Below are positions 37,969 through 47,243 of a DNA stretch of 64,000 nucleotides, piece after piece. Position numbers and translations under genes: made by a program. This stretch comes from an uncultured Gammaproteobacteria bacterium (GTDB taxonomy: Bacteria; Patescibacteriota; Microgenomatia; UBA10105; UBA927): positions 319,796-383,795 of the forward strand of contig CAZVTT010000001.1 in the NCBI GenBank assembly GCA_964629685.1, read 5' to 3'. Under the pieces are notes generated by a model. The model was given only the letters and a program-made list of their open reading frames with translations, was not told the origin of the DNA and did no database searches. Every line of letters starts with the position of its first letter. Position 1 is the stretch's first letter.

Positions 37969-38661
37969 ATGAAAACTTTATATCTAATCGGTAATTGGAA
38001 AAGTAACAAAACAATTTCGGAGACAAAGGACTGGCTTTCTCAATTATCGGGATATAAAGACAAACTGGAACAGTTTGCCGATTTGCGGATAGTTCTTTGT
38101 GCTCCATATACAGCGCTTTCTACTCTTAAGGACGAGATTGAACGATTAGGTCTGCCAATTTCTGCAGGGGCTCAGGATTTGTCTCCTTTTGTTGAAGGCG
38201 CATATACGGGAGCGGTAACGGCAAGAATGGTCAGGGAAGTAGCAGATTACGTCATAGTCGGGCATTCTGAGCGGAGAAAGTATTTTGGTGAAACGGATGA
38301 AATGTTACAGAAAAAAGTTGATCAGGCAAAATTACAGGGCCTAAAAGTGGTATATTGCGTTCCCGATGCAACGTCTGCTATTGCAAAAGGCAGCGATATC
38401 GTTGGCTATGAGCCTGTTTGGGCTATTGGAACAGGACAATCAGAAACACCGGAAAATGCCAACGCCGTGATTGCCAAAATTAAGGCTACCACCGGAGTGC
38501 CGGTAATTGTATACGGAGGCAGTGTGAATGCTGAAAATGTAGCTTCTTTTCTCGGTCAGCCCGAGATTGATGGAGTTTTGTTAGGGGGAGCGAGTTTGGA
38601 CCCTGACAAGTTCTTTCAACTCCTTACCGCTGCCGTCTCAGTGCCACAACCAAAACAATAA
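37969..38661 (+). CDS. tpiA: Triosephosphate isomerase
   Basis: GNWK, GAYTG, VGHSERR, YEPVWAIGTG, YGGSV, DGVLLGGASL. Confidence 0.97.
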   Translation: MKTLYLIGNWKSNKTISETKDWLSQLSGYKDKLEQFADLRIVLCAPYTALSTLKDEIERLGLPISAGAQDLSPFVEGAYTGAVTARMVREVADYVIVGHSERRKYFGETDEMLQKKVDQAKLQGLKVVYCVPDATSAIAKGSDIVGYEPVWAIGTGQSETPENANAVIAKIKATTGVPVIVYGGSVNAENVASFLGQPEIDGVLLGGASLDPDKFFQLLTAAVSVPQPKQ

Positions 38662-38771
38662 GCTGATATTGCCGTTAGTAGTTTGCAACGTTAAGCTTCA
38701 ACGTGCTATTTTCCACATACTCATAGGTTTTGTTACGGAAAATAGTGAAGGCAACGTAAAATGTTAGGATG

Positions 38772-39824
38772 TTAGAAGGCTAATCCCAGCAGTAGAAGTA
38801 GTATTCCTCCGGCGATTACCGCTATCCCCAGTATGCTTGGACCAGTTCCTGCTACCGGTACTTCCGGTGTCGGCACGGCCGTTTCTCCCGGAGGCAGCGG
38901 TGTTGGGGTAGGTGTCGCTACGTCACAGCTACAATTAGTTTTGTTTGTGCAGGAGGGGTTGCGGCATTTTCCGCTGGAACAAATGAGTCCGTCTTCACAG
39001 TCACCATTATCTGAACATGAATTGTTACAGGATAACGGACAGGAACAGTCTGCTTCGTTTGTGCAGGAAGGATTTCTACATACTCCGCCTGAGCAAACCA
39101 ATCCTGATTTACAATCACTTGTGGCATTACATCCGTTATTACAACTTGCAGGTGTCGGTGTCTGAGTCGGTGTATTTGTTGCGACATCACAGGTACAATT
39201 GGATTTATTCGTACAGGAAGGATTGCGGCAGAGTCCGCCGGAGCAGATAAGCCCATCAGTACAATCTCCGTTGTCTGAACATGCATTGTTACATGCAACC
39301 GGACAGGTACAATCCGACTCGCTGGTGCAGGAAGGATTGCGGCACATTCCGCCTGAACACACTAAACCAGCCTTACAATCACTGTTGCTGGCACAGGCAC
39401 TGTCACAGCTCAATGGTGGTGTGGTTGGAGACGGTGTATTTGTCGGTGTGTTTGATGGTGTGTTTGTAGGGGTTACACACGTACAATCTTCACGATTCGT
39501 ACAGGAAGGGTTGCGGCATAGCCCACCGGAACAAACTAAACCTGCTGCACAATCGGCATTTCTTCCGCAGGATGCATTACAGGCACCTGGTGGGGAAGTG
39601 GGCGTTGGTGTTGGGGATACGTTTAAGGCAAACGTGATTTTGCATGCTTCAGGTTGCTGCACTCTGAATGTAAGTGTACAAGCAGGTGTAGCCGCCTTTG
39701 GTTCGTCCGGAGTAATTGGTTTTGTTTGTTGTAGTCTTAAGCTTGTAATTAGCGTTACGACACCCAGTCCAAGTGTTCCAATAGTAAGTAATGTTATATA
39801 CCAGTATTTTCGGATCATCTTCAT
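38772..39824 (-). CDS. Cys-rich repeat surface protein with N- and C-terminal TMs
   Basis: N-terminal TM, five 35-aa 8-Cys repeats, TP linkers, C-terminal VPVAG plus hydrophobic helix. Confidence 0.88.
   Translation of the reverse strand: MKMIRKYWYITLLTIGTLGLGVVTLITSLRLQQTKPITPDEPKAATPACTLTFRVQQPEACKITFALNVSPTPTPTSPPGACNASCGRNADCAAGLVCSGGLCRNPSCTNREDCTCVTPTNTPSNTPTNTPSPTTPPLSCDSACASNSDCKAGLVCSGGMCRNPSCTSESDCTCPVACNNACSDNGDCTDGLICSGGLCRNPSCTNKSNCTCDVATNTPTQTPTPASCNNGCNATSDCKSGLVCSGGVCRNPSCTNEADCSCPLSCNNSCSDNGDCEDGLICSSGKCRNPSCTNKTNCSCDVATPTPTPLPPGETAVPTPEVPVAGTGPSILGIAVIAGGILLLLLGLAF
38925..39581 (-). repeat. Five intragenic repeats C-x3-C-x5-C-x5-C-x4-C-x4-C-x5-C-x-C
   Basis: Each unit contains DC..GL.CS.G.CRNPSCT; units 2-3 and 4-5 form a higher-order pair. 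Confidence 0.95.
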
Positions 39825-42285
39825 AGTTATCTCCAGACGCCTCCGATAAAGAGTTCGGCCTCAATGGTAAAGGTCGTCGTGCCACTTGAAGGAATTGTAA
39901 AGTTGAGAATGTATTCTCCGGCATCATTTTTAGCTGACGTTTCGGTGAATGTTCCGCCGTTGACTCTGATTCTGGCTTTGGTTGCGTTCGTTCCGACGAC
40001 TGCAATCACGATGCTGTCTCCCGGTTGCAGGTTGTTCGGATTGACGACTTCACCGTTTCTGTAAATCTTGATGTTCTGACATTGTCCCGTAATATCCGTT
40101 GGTGTCGGTGTATAGGTAACGGTAACTGTCGCTGTGGGCGTGTTCGTTGGCGTGATGGTACATTTGTCGTCGCTGCAGACTACACCATTCTGTAGACAGG
40201 CTGTCAGGACACATTTGTTGGCGCTGCAGGTGTGATTCTGTGGACATTGTGCATTACCGGTACAGGCATTTCCACATTGCGGGTTCGGTGTTGGCGTTGG
40301 TGTCGGTGTCTTGGTTGGAGTAGCCGTCGGTGTTTTGGTCGGTGTGTGTGTTGGTGTATTGGTGTTGCCTGTCGGTGTGGTTGGTGTTGGGGTATTTCCG
40401 CCACCGCCACCACAACTTGAGCTGATAACTTCAAAACTTCCACAACCTAAATTATCCCGTGAGCCTCCACGGCAGACTTCATCAACTTGTCCGCATCCTT
40501 GGGTGTATGCTTTTGCAGCTGCCCAGTTCGGGAAATCATAGGAAAGATTCTCGTGACATTCTCCGCCTGAAAGATTCCCACAACGGTAGGCGTTAATTTT
40601 GCCACAGGTACCTCCGGGACAAAGATCGCCGCCGACCTGATTACAGACGCGATTTCCACTTGTTCCGGTACAGACAAGATTCTGTCCACCGCAACATGGT
40701 TTGTTTTCATCACAAGCCTGTAACTTTGCCGCGCATTGACCATTAGTAGGGGTAGGCGTACTGTACGGACCACTAGCTGCTCGATTCCTAGTGTCTTGAA
40801 CTGATTGTGCACCGAAGTAAATTACCGGAAGTGAAAGCAGCATTAACAACATTACTGCCATCAATATCATCTTTTTCTTGTTATTCTTGCCGGCTGCAGG
40901 TGGAGGAGATGCTGGGGGAACACTGGAACCGGCACTTGCTCCCGGTGTCCATGATCCTGTCTGACCCATTAATGCATCTAAATTCGGTTCAGCTTCCGGT
41001 GTCGGTGGAGGAGTTGTTGCACTTGTTGTATCCGTCGGCTGATTAGCTAGTATGTCTGCTGTCATAGTTATCTCCAGACGCCTCCGATAAAGAGTTCGGC
41101 CTCAATGGTAAAGGTCGTCGTGCCACTTGAAGGAATTGTAAAGTTGAGAATGTATTCTCCGGCATCATTTTTAGCTGACGTTTCGGTGAATGTTCCGCCG
41201 TTGACTCTGATTCTGGCTTTGGTTGCGTTCGTTCCGACGACTGCAATCACGATGCTGTCTCCCGGTTGCAGGTTGTTCGGATTGACGACTTCACCGTTTC
41301 TGTAAATCTTGATGTTCTGACATTGTCCCGTAATATCCGTTGGTGTCGGTGTATAGGTAACGGTAACTGTCGCTGTGGGCGTGTTCGTTGGCGTGATGGT
41401 ACATTTGTCGTCGCTGCAGACTACACCATTCTGTAGACAGGCTGTCAGGACACATTTGTTGGCGCTGCAGGTGTGATTCTGTGGACATTGTGCATTACCG
41501 GTACAGGCATTTCCACATTGCGGGTTCGGTGTTGGCGTTGGTGTCGGTGTCTTGGTTGGAGTAGCCGTCGGTGTTTTGGTCGGTGTGTGTGTTGGTGTAT
41601 TGGTGTTGCCTGTCGGTGTGGTTGGTGTTGGGGTATTTCCGCCACCGCCACCACAACTTGAGCTGATAACTTCAAAACTTCCACAACCTAAATTATCCCG
41701 TGAGCCTCCACGGCAGACTTCATCAACTTGTCCGCATCCTTGGGTGTATGCTTTTGCAGCTGCCCAGTTCGGGAAATCATAGGAAAGATTCTCGTGACAT
41801 TCTCCGCCTGAAAGATTCCCACAACGGTAGGCGTTAATTTTGCCACAGGTACCTCCGGGACAAAGATCGCCGCCGACCTGATTACAGACGCGATTTCCAC
41901 TTGTTCCGGTACAGACAAGATTCTGTCCACCGCAACATGGTTTGTTTTCATCACAAGCCTGTAACTTTGCCGCGCATTGACCATTAGTAGGGGTAGGCGT
42001 ACTGTACGGACCACTAGCTGCTCGATTCCTAGTGTCTTGAACTGATTGTGCACCGAAGTAAATTACCGGAAGTGAAAGCAGCATTAACAACATTACTGCC
42101 ATCAATATCATCTTTTTCTTGTTATTCTTGCCGGCTGCAGGTGGAGGAGATGCTGGGGGAACACTGGAACCGGCACTTGCTCCCGGTGTCCATGATCCTG
42201 TCTGACCCATTAATGCATCTAAATTCGGTTCAGCTTCCGGTGTCGGTGGAGGAGTTGTTGCACTTGTTGTATCCGTCGGCTGATT
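39821..42285. repeat. Direct repeat of 1224 bp (39821-41044 and 41062-42285) separated by 17 unique bp
   Basis: Offset 1241; the main protein and the shadow ORFs in other frames are identical between copies. Confidence 0.95.
39827..41065 (-). CDS. Cys-rich, TP-linked membrane-anchored surface protein (copy 2)
   Basis: Pro-rich cytoplasmic N-terminus, KKK+TM, DTRNRAA, Cys modules, TP linkers, C-terminal beta-rich domain. Confidence 0.85.
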   Translation of the reverse strand: MTADILANQPTDTTSATTPPPTPEAEPNLDALMGQTGSWTPGASAGSSVPPASPPPAAGKNNKKKMILMAVMLLMLLSLPVIYFGAQSVQDTRNRAASGPYSTPTPTNGQCAAKLQACDENKPCCGGQNLVCTGTSGNRVCNQVGGDLCPGGTCGKINAYRCGNLSGGECHENLSYDFPNWAAAKAYTQGCGQVDEVCRGGSRDNLGCGSFEVISSSCGGGGGNTPTPTTPTGNTNTPTHTPTKTPTATPTKTPTPTPTPNPQCGNACTGNAQCPQNHTCSANKCVLTACLQNGVVCSDDKCTITPTNTPTATVTVTYTPTPTDITGQCQNIKIYRNGEVVNPNNLQPGDSIVIAVVGTNATKARIRVNGGTFTETSAKNDAGEYILNFTIPSSGTTTFTIEAELFIGGVWR

Positions 42286-42303
42286 TAAAGATTGATTGTC
42301 CAT
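41068..42303 (-). CDS. Cys-rich, TP-linked membrane-anchored surface protein (copy 1)
   Basis: Identical to 39827-41065 except for the first 6-7 residues. Confidence 0.88.
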   Translation of the reverse strand: MDNQSLNQPTDTTSATTPPPTPEAEPNLDALMGQTGSWTPGASAGSSVPPASPPPAAGKNNKKKMILMAVMLLMLLSLPVIYFGAQSVQDTRNRAASGPYSTPTPTNGQCAAKLQACDENKPCCGGQNLVCTGTSGNRVCNQVGGDLCPGGTCGKINAYRCGNLSGGECHENLSYDFPNWAAAKAYTQGCGQVDEVCRGGSRDNLGCGSFEVISSSCGGGGGNTPTPTTPTGNTNTPTHTPTKTPTATPTKTPTPTPTPNPQCGNACTGNAQCPQNHTCSANKCVLTACLQNGVVCSDDKCTITPTNTPTATVTVTYTPTPTDITGQCQNIKIYRNGEVVNPNNLQPGDSIVIAVVGTNATKARIRVNGGTFTETSAKNDAGEYILNFTIPSSGTTTFTIEAELFIGGVWR

Positions 42304-42376
42304 GTAATAATTTCTAAAACCAAATTGGCCTATTTCTACATTAGATGATTAATAAATTCCTCGTCAAGTATATCTT

Positions 42377-43714
42377 TTAAAATAAGACTAAAACTCCCGA
42401 TGCAAGTAATACGATTCCGAAAACTAACAGTAGCAATGTCGGTAATGAGGTAGCTGTAGTTGGAATAGGTTGAGGCGTCGCTGATGCGACTGGAGTAGAT
42501 GTCGGTGTAAGAGTGGCTGTGGCAGTAGCGGTGGGCGTAAGGGTAGCAGACGGCGTAGCTTCGCCTAATACTTGTGTACCGCTTTTAAAAATTGTGAATC
42601 CATGAGTGATGGCTACTGGTTTACCTTGAGCATCTACTGTGGTTACGGTGACACTCTGTTTGCCGGATCCCAGTTCTTTCGTCGGAGTATATCTCCATAC
42701 GCCATCGGTTCCTACTTTCGTTGTTCCGCTAAAAGGATTAGTGATACCAAGCGTTATGGTGACTACTTTTGACGGAATGCCTGTACCCTGAATAAGTGGA
42801 AGTCGGCTGGTAAGGGTAGCTCCTTCGGCAGGAGCGTTTAATGATATTTTTTCTGTAGCGAACGTTGATTGAGTCGTTCCGAGTACCGCGGTTTCTTCTT
42901 TTGGAGTAGCGCTAGGTATAGGCGTTACTGTCGGGCTTAGTTGTAAAGCCAGCTGGGCAGTTGCATTGACTTTCGCTTGTTGTTTTCGGAAATCGTATGT
43001 TTTACCGATAATCATTGTCGGTACTGGAGAATCATTAAAGGTGTCGCTCACAGCCGTGGCCTCTTCTTCAGCATATTTTACAACCAATGTTTCGGTTAAG
43101 CGATCCTGTGTGGTTATATACGTATTCAAATCTGTGGTTCGAATTAAGTTGAGTGGGATTATCCATGAACCTGTAGGTTTTACCAGTGCGGAAAGTGTCT
43201 GGCTTCCTTCTAAAGTTAGAAAGATTAGTGCTCCGTCGGCAGGTTGATTGTCAGTTGTAAGTACGGTACCGTAGGCAGGTTCAAGTGATCCTGCGTTCGA
43301 ATCCAGTGTCGGGGCTGTACTTACATGATATGGTTTACCCCCTGCATCATAATATTCTTGCCCGTTTGCAAGTATTTTTAATGTATAGTCGGTTTCCGCT
43401 TTGAGATTTCTTAAAGTAACGCTGTGACTTTGATATTTCCCTAGTTTTCCGTTTCCGTCGCGTTCATCTATAAACGTCTGCGGTCGCTGCTGAGGACCCG
43501 TTAATACCACTGCTCCGGAGGTAGAGCCGCCAGTCAGCCACGTTATTGTTACCGTTGTGTCTGTGATATTTGTAAATTGAATATTAGCAGGTCGTTCGGA
43601 GGGGGATGCTTTTGTAGGACTTCGGAATGCCTGATCAAGTACAACAACAACTCCTACAATCGTAAGGAGCAGTAGTAATCCAATAACAGTAGGAATTTTT
43701 CGCGGAAATTGCAT
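42377..43714 (-). CDS. Surface protein with fibronectin III-like and bacterial Ig-like domains
   Basis: N-terminal TM; TNIT...VTITW...HSVTL.NLKAETDY (Fn3-like); P.IQGTG...DGVWRYTP..EL..G (Big-like); TP linker, IPTTA plus TM. Confidence 0.85.
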   Translation of the reverse strand: MQFPRKIPTVIGLLLLLTIVGVVVVLDQAFRSPTKASPSERPANIQFTNITDTTVTITWLTGGSTSGAVVLTGPQQRPQTFIDERDGNGKLGKYQSHSVTLRNLKAETDYTLKILANGQEYYDAGGKPYHVSTAPTLDSNAGSLEPAYGTVLTTDNQPADGALIFLTLEGSQTLSALVKPTGSWIIPLNLIRTTDLNTYITTQDRLTETLVVKYAEEEATAVSDTFNDSPVPTMIIGKTYDFRKQQAKVNATAQLALQLSPTVTPIPSATPKEETAVLGTTQSTFATEKISLNAPAEGATLTSRLPLIQGTGIPSKVVTITLGITNPFSGTTKVGTDGVWRYTPTKELGSGKQSVTVTTVDAQGKPVAITHGFTIFKSGTQVLGEATPSATLTPTATATATLTPTSTPVASATPQPIPTTATSLPTLLLLVFGIVLLASGVLVLF

Positions 43715-43719
43715 GAATT

Positions 43720-43914
43720 CTAATATACCTGTTTCTTTTGTAACACACTTAGTATGCCAGTGTCTAAAGTAGGGTTCAATGGGGTAATTACCTGCTTAAC
43801 TGTACTGGAAACAGTCGTAGTTTTAGCGGTCTTAACCAGTTCGAAAAATATCCAAGATAATACGGTTAAAAATGTAAATACCGAAACGAGCAATATGTCA
43901 CGGTCATTATCCAT
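43720..43914 (-). CDS. Small single-TM protein after pilO
   Basis: 64 aa, SD AGGAG, TM, PLNPTLD motif; occupies the pilP position. Confidence 0.75.
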   Translation of the reverse strand: MDNDRDILLVSVFTFLTVLSWIFFELVKTAKTTTVSSTVKQVITPLNPTLDTGILSVLQKKQVY

Positions 43915-43926
43915 GTCACTCCTATT

Positions 43927-44604
43927 CTATTGTGTTTTTCCTTTTAGTGAATAGTACCCTTGAAGTCGGATTACAAGTCTTAGTGATTTTGGTGCTAATG
44001 GGTCATCAGATACCTCTTCGTCTTTGAGTGAACTGATTATCGAAGAATTAACGGTAACAATTCGTCTCATGTTAATAACCCCTTCAAGAAATGCTTTGAT
44101 GTTTGAGTATGGCCCGTTGACCGAAACAACCATAGGAACTATTTTTTCTTTCGGCTGGTTTTGGGTTTTTTGACTGCTGGGCGTAGCTTCCTGTCCCAAT
44201 AACGGGATACTGGGAATTGAAATTGAGCTCACTGTAACTTGTGTCTGTTCTGCTAAATTTTTTAATTGGAATACCAGTGTTAATGCATCCGGTGTTTCCG
44301 GTACTGCCTGATCAATAAGCGGTAACTGATCTTCAATAGCCTGATAGTTTGCTTGAGCCTCAATCAGGTTTGTTATTTTTTCTTCCATTATTTTATTTAC
44401 GACCGTATTATCGGCAATTTCCCGTCTGAGGAATAAAATTGTTTGTAGTGTCGGGCGTATTCCGTACCAACCAAAAAGTGAAATTGCAAGAAATGAGAAA
44501 ATTGTGGTGGTATACGCACGATTTTTAGGTTTGCTTATCAATGGTTCAATAGTCTGATAGTACCGTTTATATTGTTGATAATTTGGTTTTTGATTGACTG
44601 CCAT
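43927..44604 (-). CDS. pilO: Type IV pilus alignment protein PilO-like
   Basis: TM (GIRPT), coiled coil, A.P..P, LKNLA...V.VSSI, V.GPYSNIKAFL....MRRIV; start at ATG 44604. Confidence 0.8.
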   Translation of the reverse strand: MAVNQKPNYQQYKRYYQTIEPLISKPKNRAYTTTIFSFLAISLFGWYGIRPTLQTILFLRREIADNTVVNKIMEEKITNLIEAQANYQAIEDQLPLIDQAVPETPDALTLVFQLKNLAEQTQVTVSSISIPSIPLLGQEATPSSQKTQNQPKEKIVPMVVSVNGPYSNIKAFLEGVINMRRIVTVNSSIISSLKDEEVSDDPLAPKSLRLVIRLQGYYSLKGKTQ

Positions 44605-44605
44605 A

Positions 44606-45157
44606 TTATTTTTTCTTTGGTGTCGCAATAAATGCGGTAATTTTAAATTGTATCCCCACTAAAGGTTGTTTTTTTATATCTCCAACTTCGATTTGAGTAA
44701 TTTGTTTTGTACTTTGAAGGTTTGCAATAAATTGTGAGAAACCTGTGGTGCTCCCAGCCGTTGCGCTTATAAGAATTCTCTCGGGACCATAGTCAAGTGA
44801 TTCTAAGTAAACATCGGGTGGCAGTAGCGTCTGGAAAAGAGAAACCATTTCGACTGGTTTCGATTGGTTGTTTAATAATGTGTTTACATTTACAAGTCGT
44901 TCCTGAAGTTGTTTAAATGAAGCCTCAAAGTCTTGATTAGCTTTTAGGATTGCCTGCTTTTGGCCAATTTCCTCTTTAAGGTCGGTTAATTTACGGTCGA
45001 GACTAAATCGGGAGATAAAGGCGAGTAATACAATTATCTCAGTGCCGATCATGATATATCGGCCATACGTTACCGCCCACGTAGTAATTCTGCCAATGGG
45101 CGAGTTCTCCAGATCATCACGTTGTAATAAATTAATTGTCGGAGTCTTGGCAGGCAT
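44606..45157 (-). CDS. pilN: Type IV pilus alignment protein PilN-like
   Basis: N-terminal INLL motif (PilM-binding in characterised PilN), TM, coiled coil, LPPDVYLESL, F..FIANL. Confidence 0.82.
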   Translation of the reverse strand: MPAKTPTINLLQRDDLENSPIGRITTWAVTYGRYIMIGTEIIVLLAFISRFSLDRKLTDLKEEIGQKQAILKANQDFEASFKQLQERLVNVNTLLNNQSKPVEMVSLFQTLLPPDVYLESLDYGPERILISATAGSTTGFSQFIANLQSTKQITQIEVGDIKKQPLVGIQFKITAFIATPKKK

Positions 45158-45199
45158 ACTGCTAGTATAGCAAGGATTTGCCTTTGCGGAAAAGGGAAG

Positions 45200-45436
45200 T
45201 TATTTCTTAAGCAGTTTAGCTAACCTCGATTTTAGACGATCAGCTTTGTTCTGGTGGATTACATTGCGTTTTGCAGCCTTATCGAGAGTCTTGAACGCTG
45301 AAGTCAGTGTTTTTTCTGATGGCTTTTTACGCATTGATTTAACAATTTCACGTACTGACTCTTTCGTAACACGATTTGTCTCCGTGCGTTTTCGGTCGTG
45401 GCGAAGTTTTTTTATGGCACTAGCAATAATTGGCAT
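45200..45436 (-). CDS. rpsT: 30S ribosomal protein S20
   Basis: MPIIASAIKKLR...N; LDKAAKRNVIHQNKADRLKSRL. Confidence 0.97.
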   Translation of the reverse strand: MPIIASAIKKLRHDRKRTETNRVTKESVREIVKSMRKKPSEKTLTSAFKTLDKAAKRNVIHQNKADRLKSRLAKLLKK

Positions 45437-45561
45437 GAGATGTAGTATAGCTGATTATTACTGGCTGGTCAAGATTTCTTAGCGTATAATGACACTATCC
45501 TGTTTTCTGCAGGTTAATTGATGCTCCAAATAGGTAATAATATATAGGTTCACTGCTTAGT

Positions 45562-47214
45562 ATGAAGAACATATTAGTATTCTTGAGTAGAAAACAGAGT
45601 TCGGTTCGTTCTGCTGCGCTCGTTATGATGCTCATGGTGCTGACTTCCCGAATACTCGGTTTGGTGCGGGACAGACTGCTGTCAGCACGATTTGCACCGG
45701 AGGAGTTAGGAGTATACTTTGCGGCATTTCGATTACCAAATCTTCTTTTTGAATTACTGGTGATGGGAGTGCTAAGTACAGCCTTTATTCCAGTCTTTAC
45801 CAGATATCTGACGAAGGAAAATGAGAATGCAGCCTGGAGAATGGCGTCTAACTTAATTAATTTAGGCATCCTGTCTCTAACCGTTTGTTCGATCCCCATT
45901 CTGGTATTTACGGAGACTATTTCGAAGTGGGTTGCGCCAGGATTTAGTGATCCGCAAATAGCGCAAATGGCAATATTTACGAGAATAATGATTCTGTCCC
46001 AGGTAATTCCGCTGATGATCGGCAATTTTTTTACCGGAATTTTACAGTCATATAATATTTTTTTAATCCCCGCCGCAGCTCCGGTTATATACAACGTTGG
46101 GATTATTCTGGCAATACTCTTTGGAACTTCAGCGTTTGGTTTGTACGCTCCGGTCATTGGTGTCGGAGTTGGTGCCGTACTATTTATGCTATTACAAATT
46201 CCTATTCTTCTGCATTTGGGGTATAGACACAAATTTGAGTTCAACCCAAAAGTCCCCGGTGTGAAAGAGGTAGTAACTTTGATGATTCCCAGGACATTAG
46301 GTTTAGCGGTATCACAAATAGATACGACTGTAGACTTGATTTTAGCAACTATTCTGGGAGCCAGAATGGTTACAATCTTTACATTTGCACAACAGCTTCA
46401 ACAGTTACCTATCGGGTTGTTTGGCGCCACTATAGCTCAAGCATCATTGCCGGCATTATCTGTAGCATCGGTTAGGTCAGATTTGGATAAATTTAAAGAG
46501 GCAATATTGTCGGCCATTAATCAGGTATTGTTCTTTGTACTTCCAGCGTCTGCATTATTTATGGTATTGCGAATACCCGTAGTTCGGTTGATATACGGAT
46601 CATCACGGTTTGATTGGCAAGCTACAGTACTAACAGGCACTACATTATCGATGTTTAGTATATCGTTGTTTGCACAGGCGCTTATTCATGTTTTAACCAG
46701 AGGTTTTTATGCGTTATACGACAGTAGAACGCCGGTATTTGTGGGCATTGTAGGTATCACAATAAACACGGTGTTAAGTATTTGGTTCGTAAATGTATTA
46801 CATCTTCCGGTTTGGTCTTTAGGATTATCCACATCCGTAGCCAGTATCGTACATGTAATACTGTTGTTTATATTTCTTGACAGAAAAGTTAAGGGTTTTT
46901 CACGGAGTCAGCTTATTATTCCACCGATAAAGATTGGAATTGCTGCCGTGTTAACTGGCGTGATGTTGTATATTCCTATTAAATTACTGGATCAATTAGT
47001 ATTCGATACGACCAGGACTTTTAATTTAATCCTTTTAACCGGGATAAGCGGTTGTATTGGGTTAACGACATATCTTTTTCTAGCGTGGGTGCTTGGCGTC
47101 AGTGAGGTGCAGTCGTTCTTTCTGTTGTTGAAAAAGGTTCGTTCATCAGGTCATATTCTATTGGAACCTGCGAACGAAGCTGTAAATAGCAGTACCCAGG
47201 ATCAGGTTTCCTAG
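45562..47214 (+). CDS. murJ: Lipid II flippase MurJ (MviN)
   Basis: SRILGLVRD, YFAAFRLPN, AFIPVF, QLPIGLFG, RGFYA..D.RTP. Confidence 0.95.
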   Translation: MKNILVFLSRKQSSVRSAALVMMLMVLTSRILGLVRDRLLSARFAPEELGVYFAAFRLPNLLFELLVMGVLSTAFIPVFTRYLTKENENAAWRMASNLINLGILSLTVCSIPILVFTETISKWVAPGFSDPQIAQMAIFTRIMILSQVIPLMIGNFFTGILQSYNIFLIPAAAPVIYNVGIILAILFGTSAFGLYAPVIGVGVGAVLFMLLQIPILLHLGYRHKFEFNPKVPGVKEVVTLMIPRTLGLAVSQIDTTVDLILATILGARMVTIFTFAQQLQQLPIGLFGATIAQASLPALSVASVRSDLDKFKEAILSAINQVLFFVLPASALFMVLRIPVVRLIYGSSRFDWQATVLTGTTLSMFSISLFAQALIHVLTRGFYALYDSRTPVFVGIVGITINTVLSIWFVNVLHLPVWSLGLSTSVASIVHVILLFIFLDRKVKGFSRSQLIIPPIKIGIAAVLTGVMLYIPIKLLDQLVFDTTRTFNLILLTGISGCIGLTTYLFLAWVLGVSEVQSFFLLLKKVRSSGHILLEPANEAVNSSTQDQVS

Positions 47215-47243
47215 AAGAAGATTTCAAACAGGGGAGTGTTATT

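Noticed and set aside
37952-38107. 52-aa N-terminal extension of PcrA overlapping tpiA
   Set aside because: Homology starts at MLSAFLNELN (37951) and a -10 box sits just upstream; the extension is an ORF-calling artefact
38662-38771. Inverted repeats (CTATTTTCC/GGAAAATAG) between tpiA and the surface operon as a small RNA or tRNA
   Set aside because: No cloverleaf or promoter; most simply a terminator region between convergent genes
38833-39849. Long plus-strand ORFs (110 and 216 aa) with repeated QEGLRH motifs
   Set aside because: Antisense shadows of the Cys-repeat gene
40280-40400. GGTGT/GTCGGTGT short repeats resembling a CRISPR array or VNTR
   Set aside because: They encode Thr-Pro linkers within ORFs; there is no constant repeat with unique spacers and no cas gene
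39821-42285. Duplication as a diversity-generating retroelement template/variable pair or IS-mediated repeat
   Set aside because: No adenine-specific differences were seen between copies, and there is no reverse transcriptase, transposase or terminal inverted repeat in the window
45495-46244. 249-aa minus-strand ORF
   Set aside because: Almost entirely antisense to murJ with no recognisable motifs
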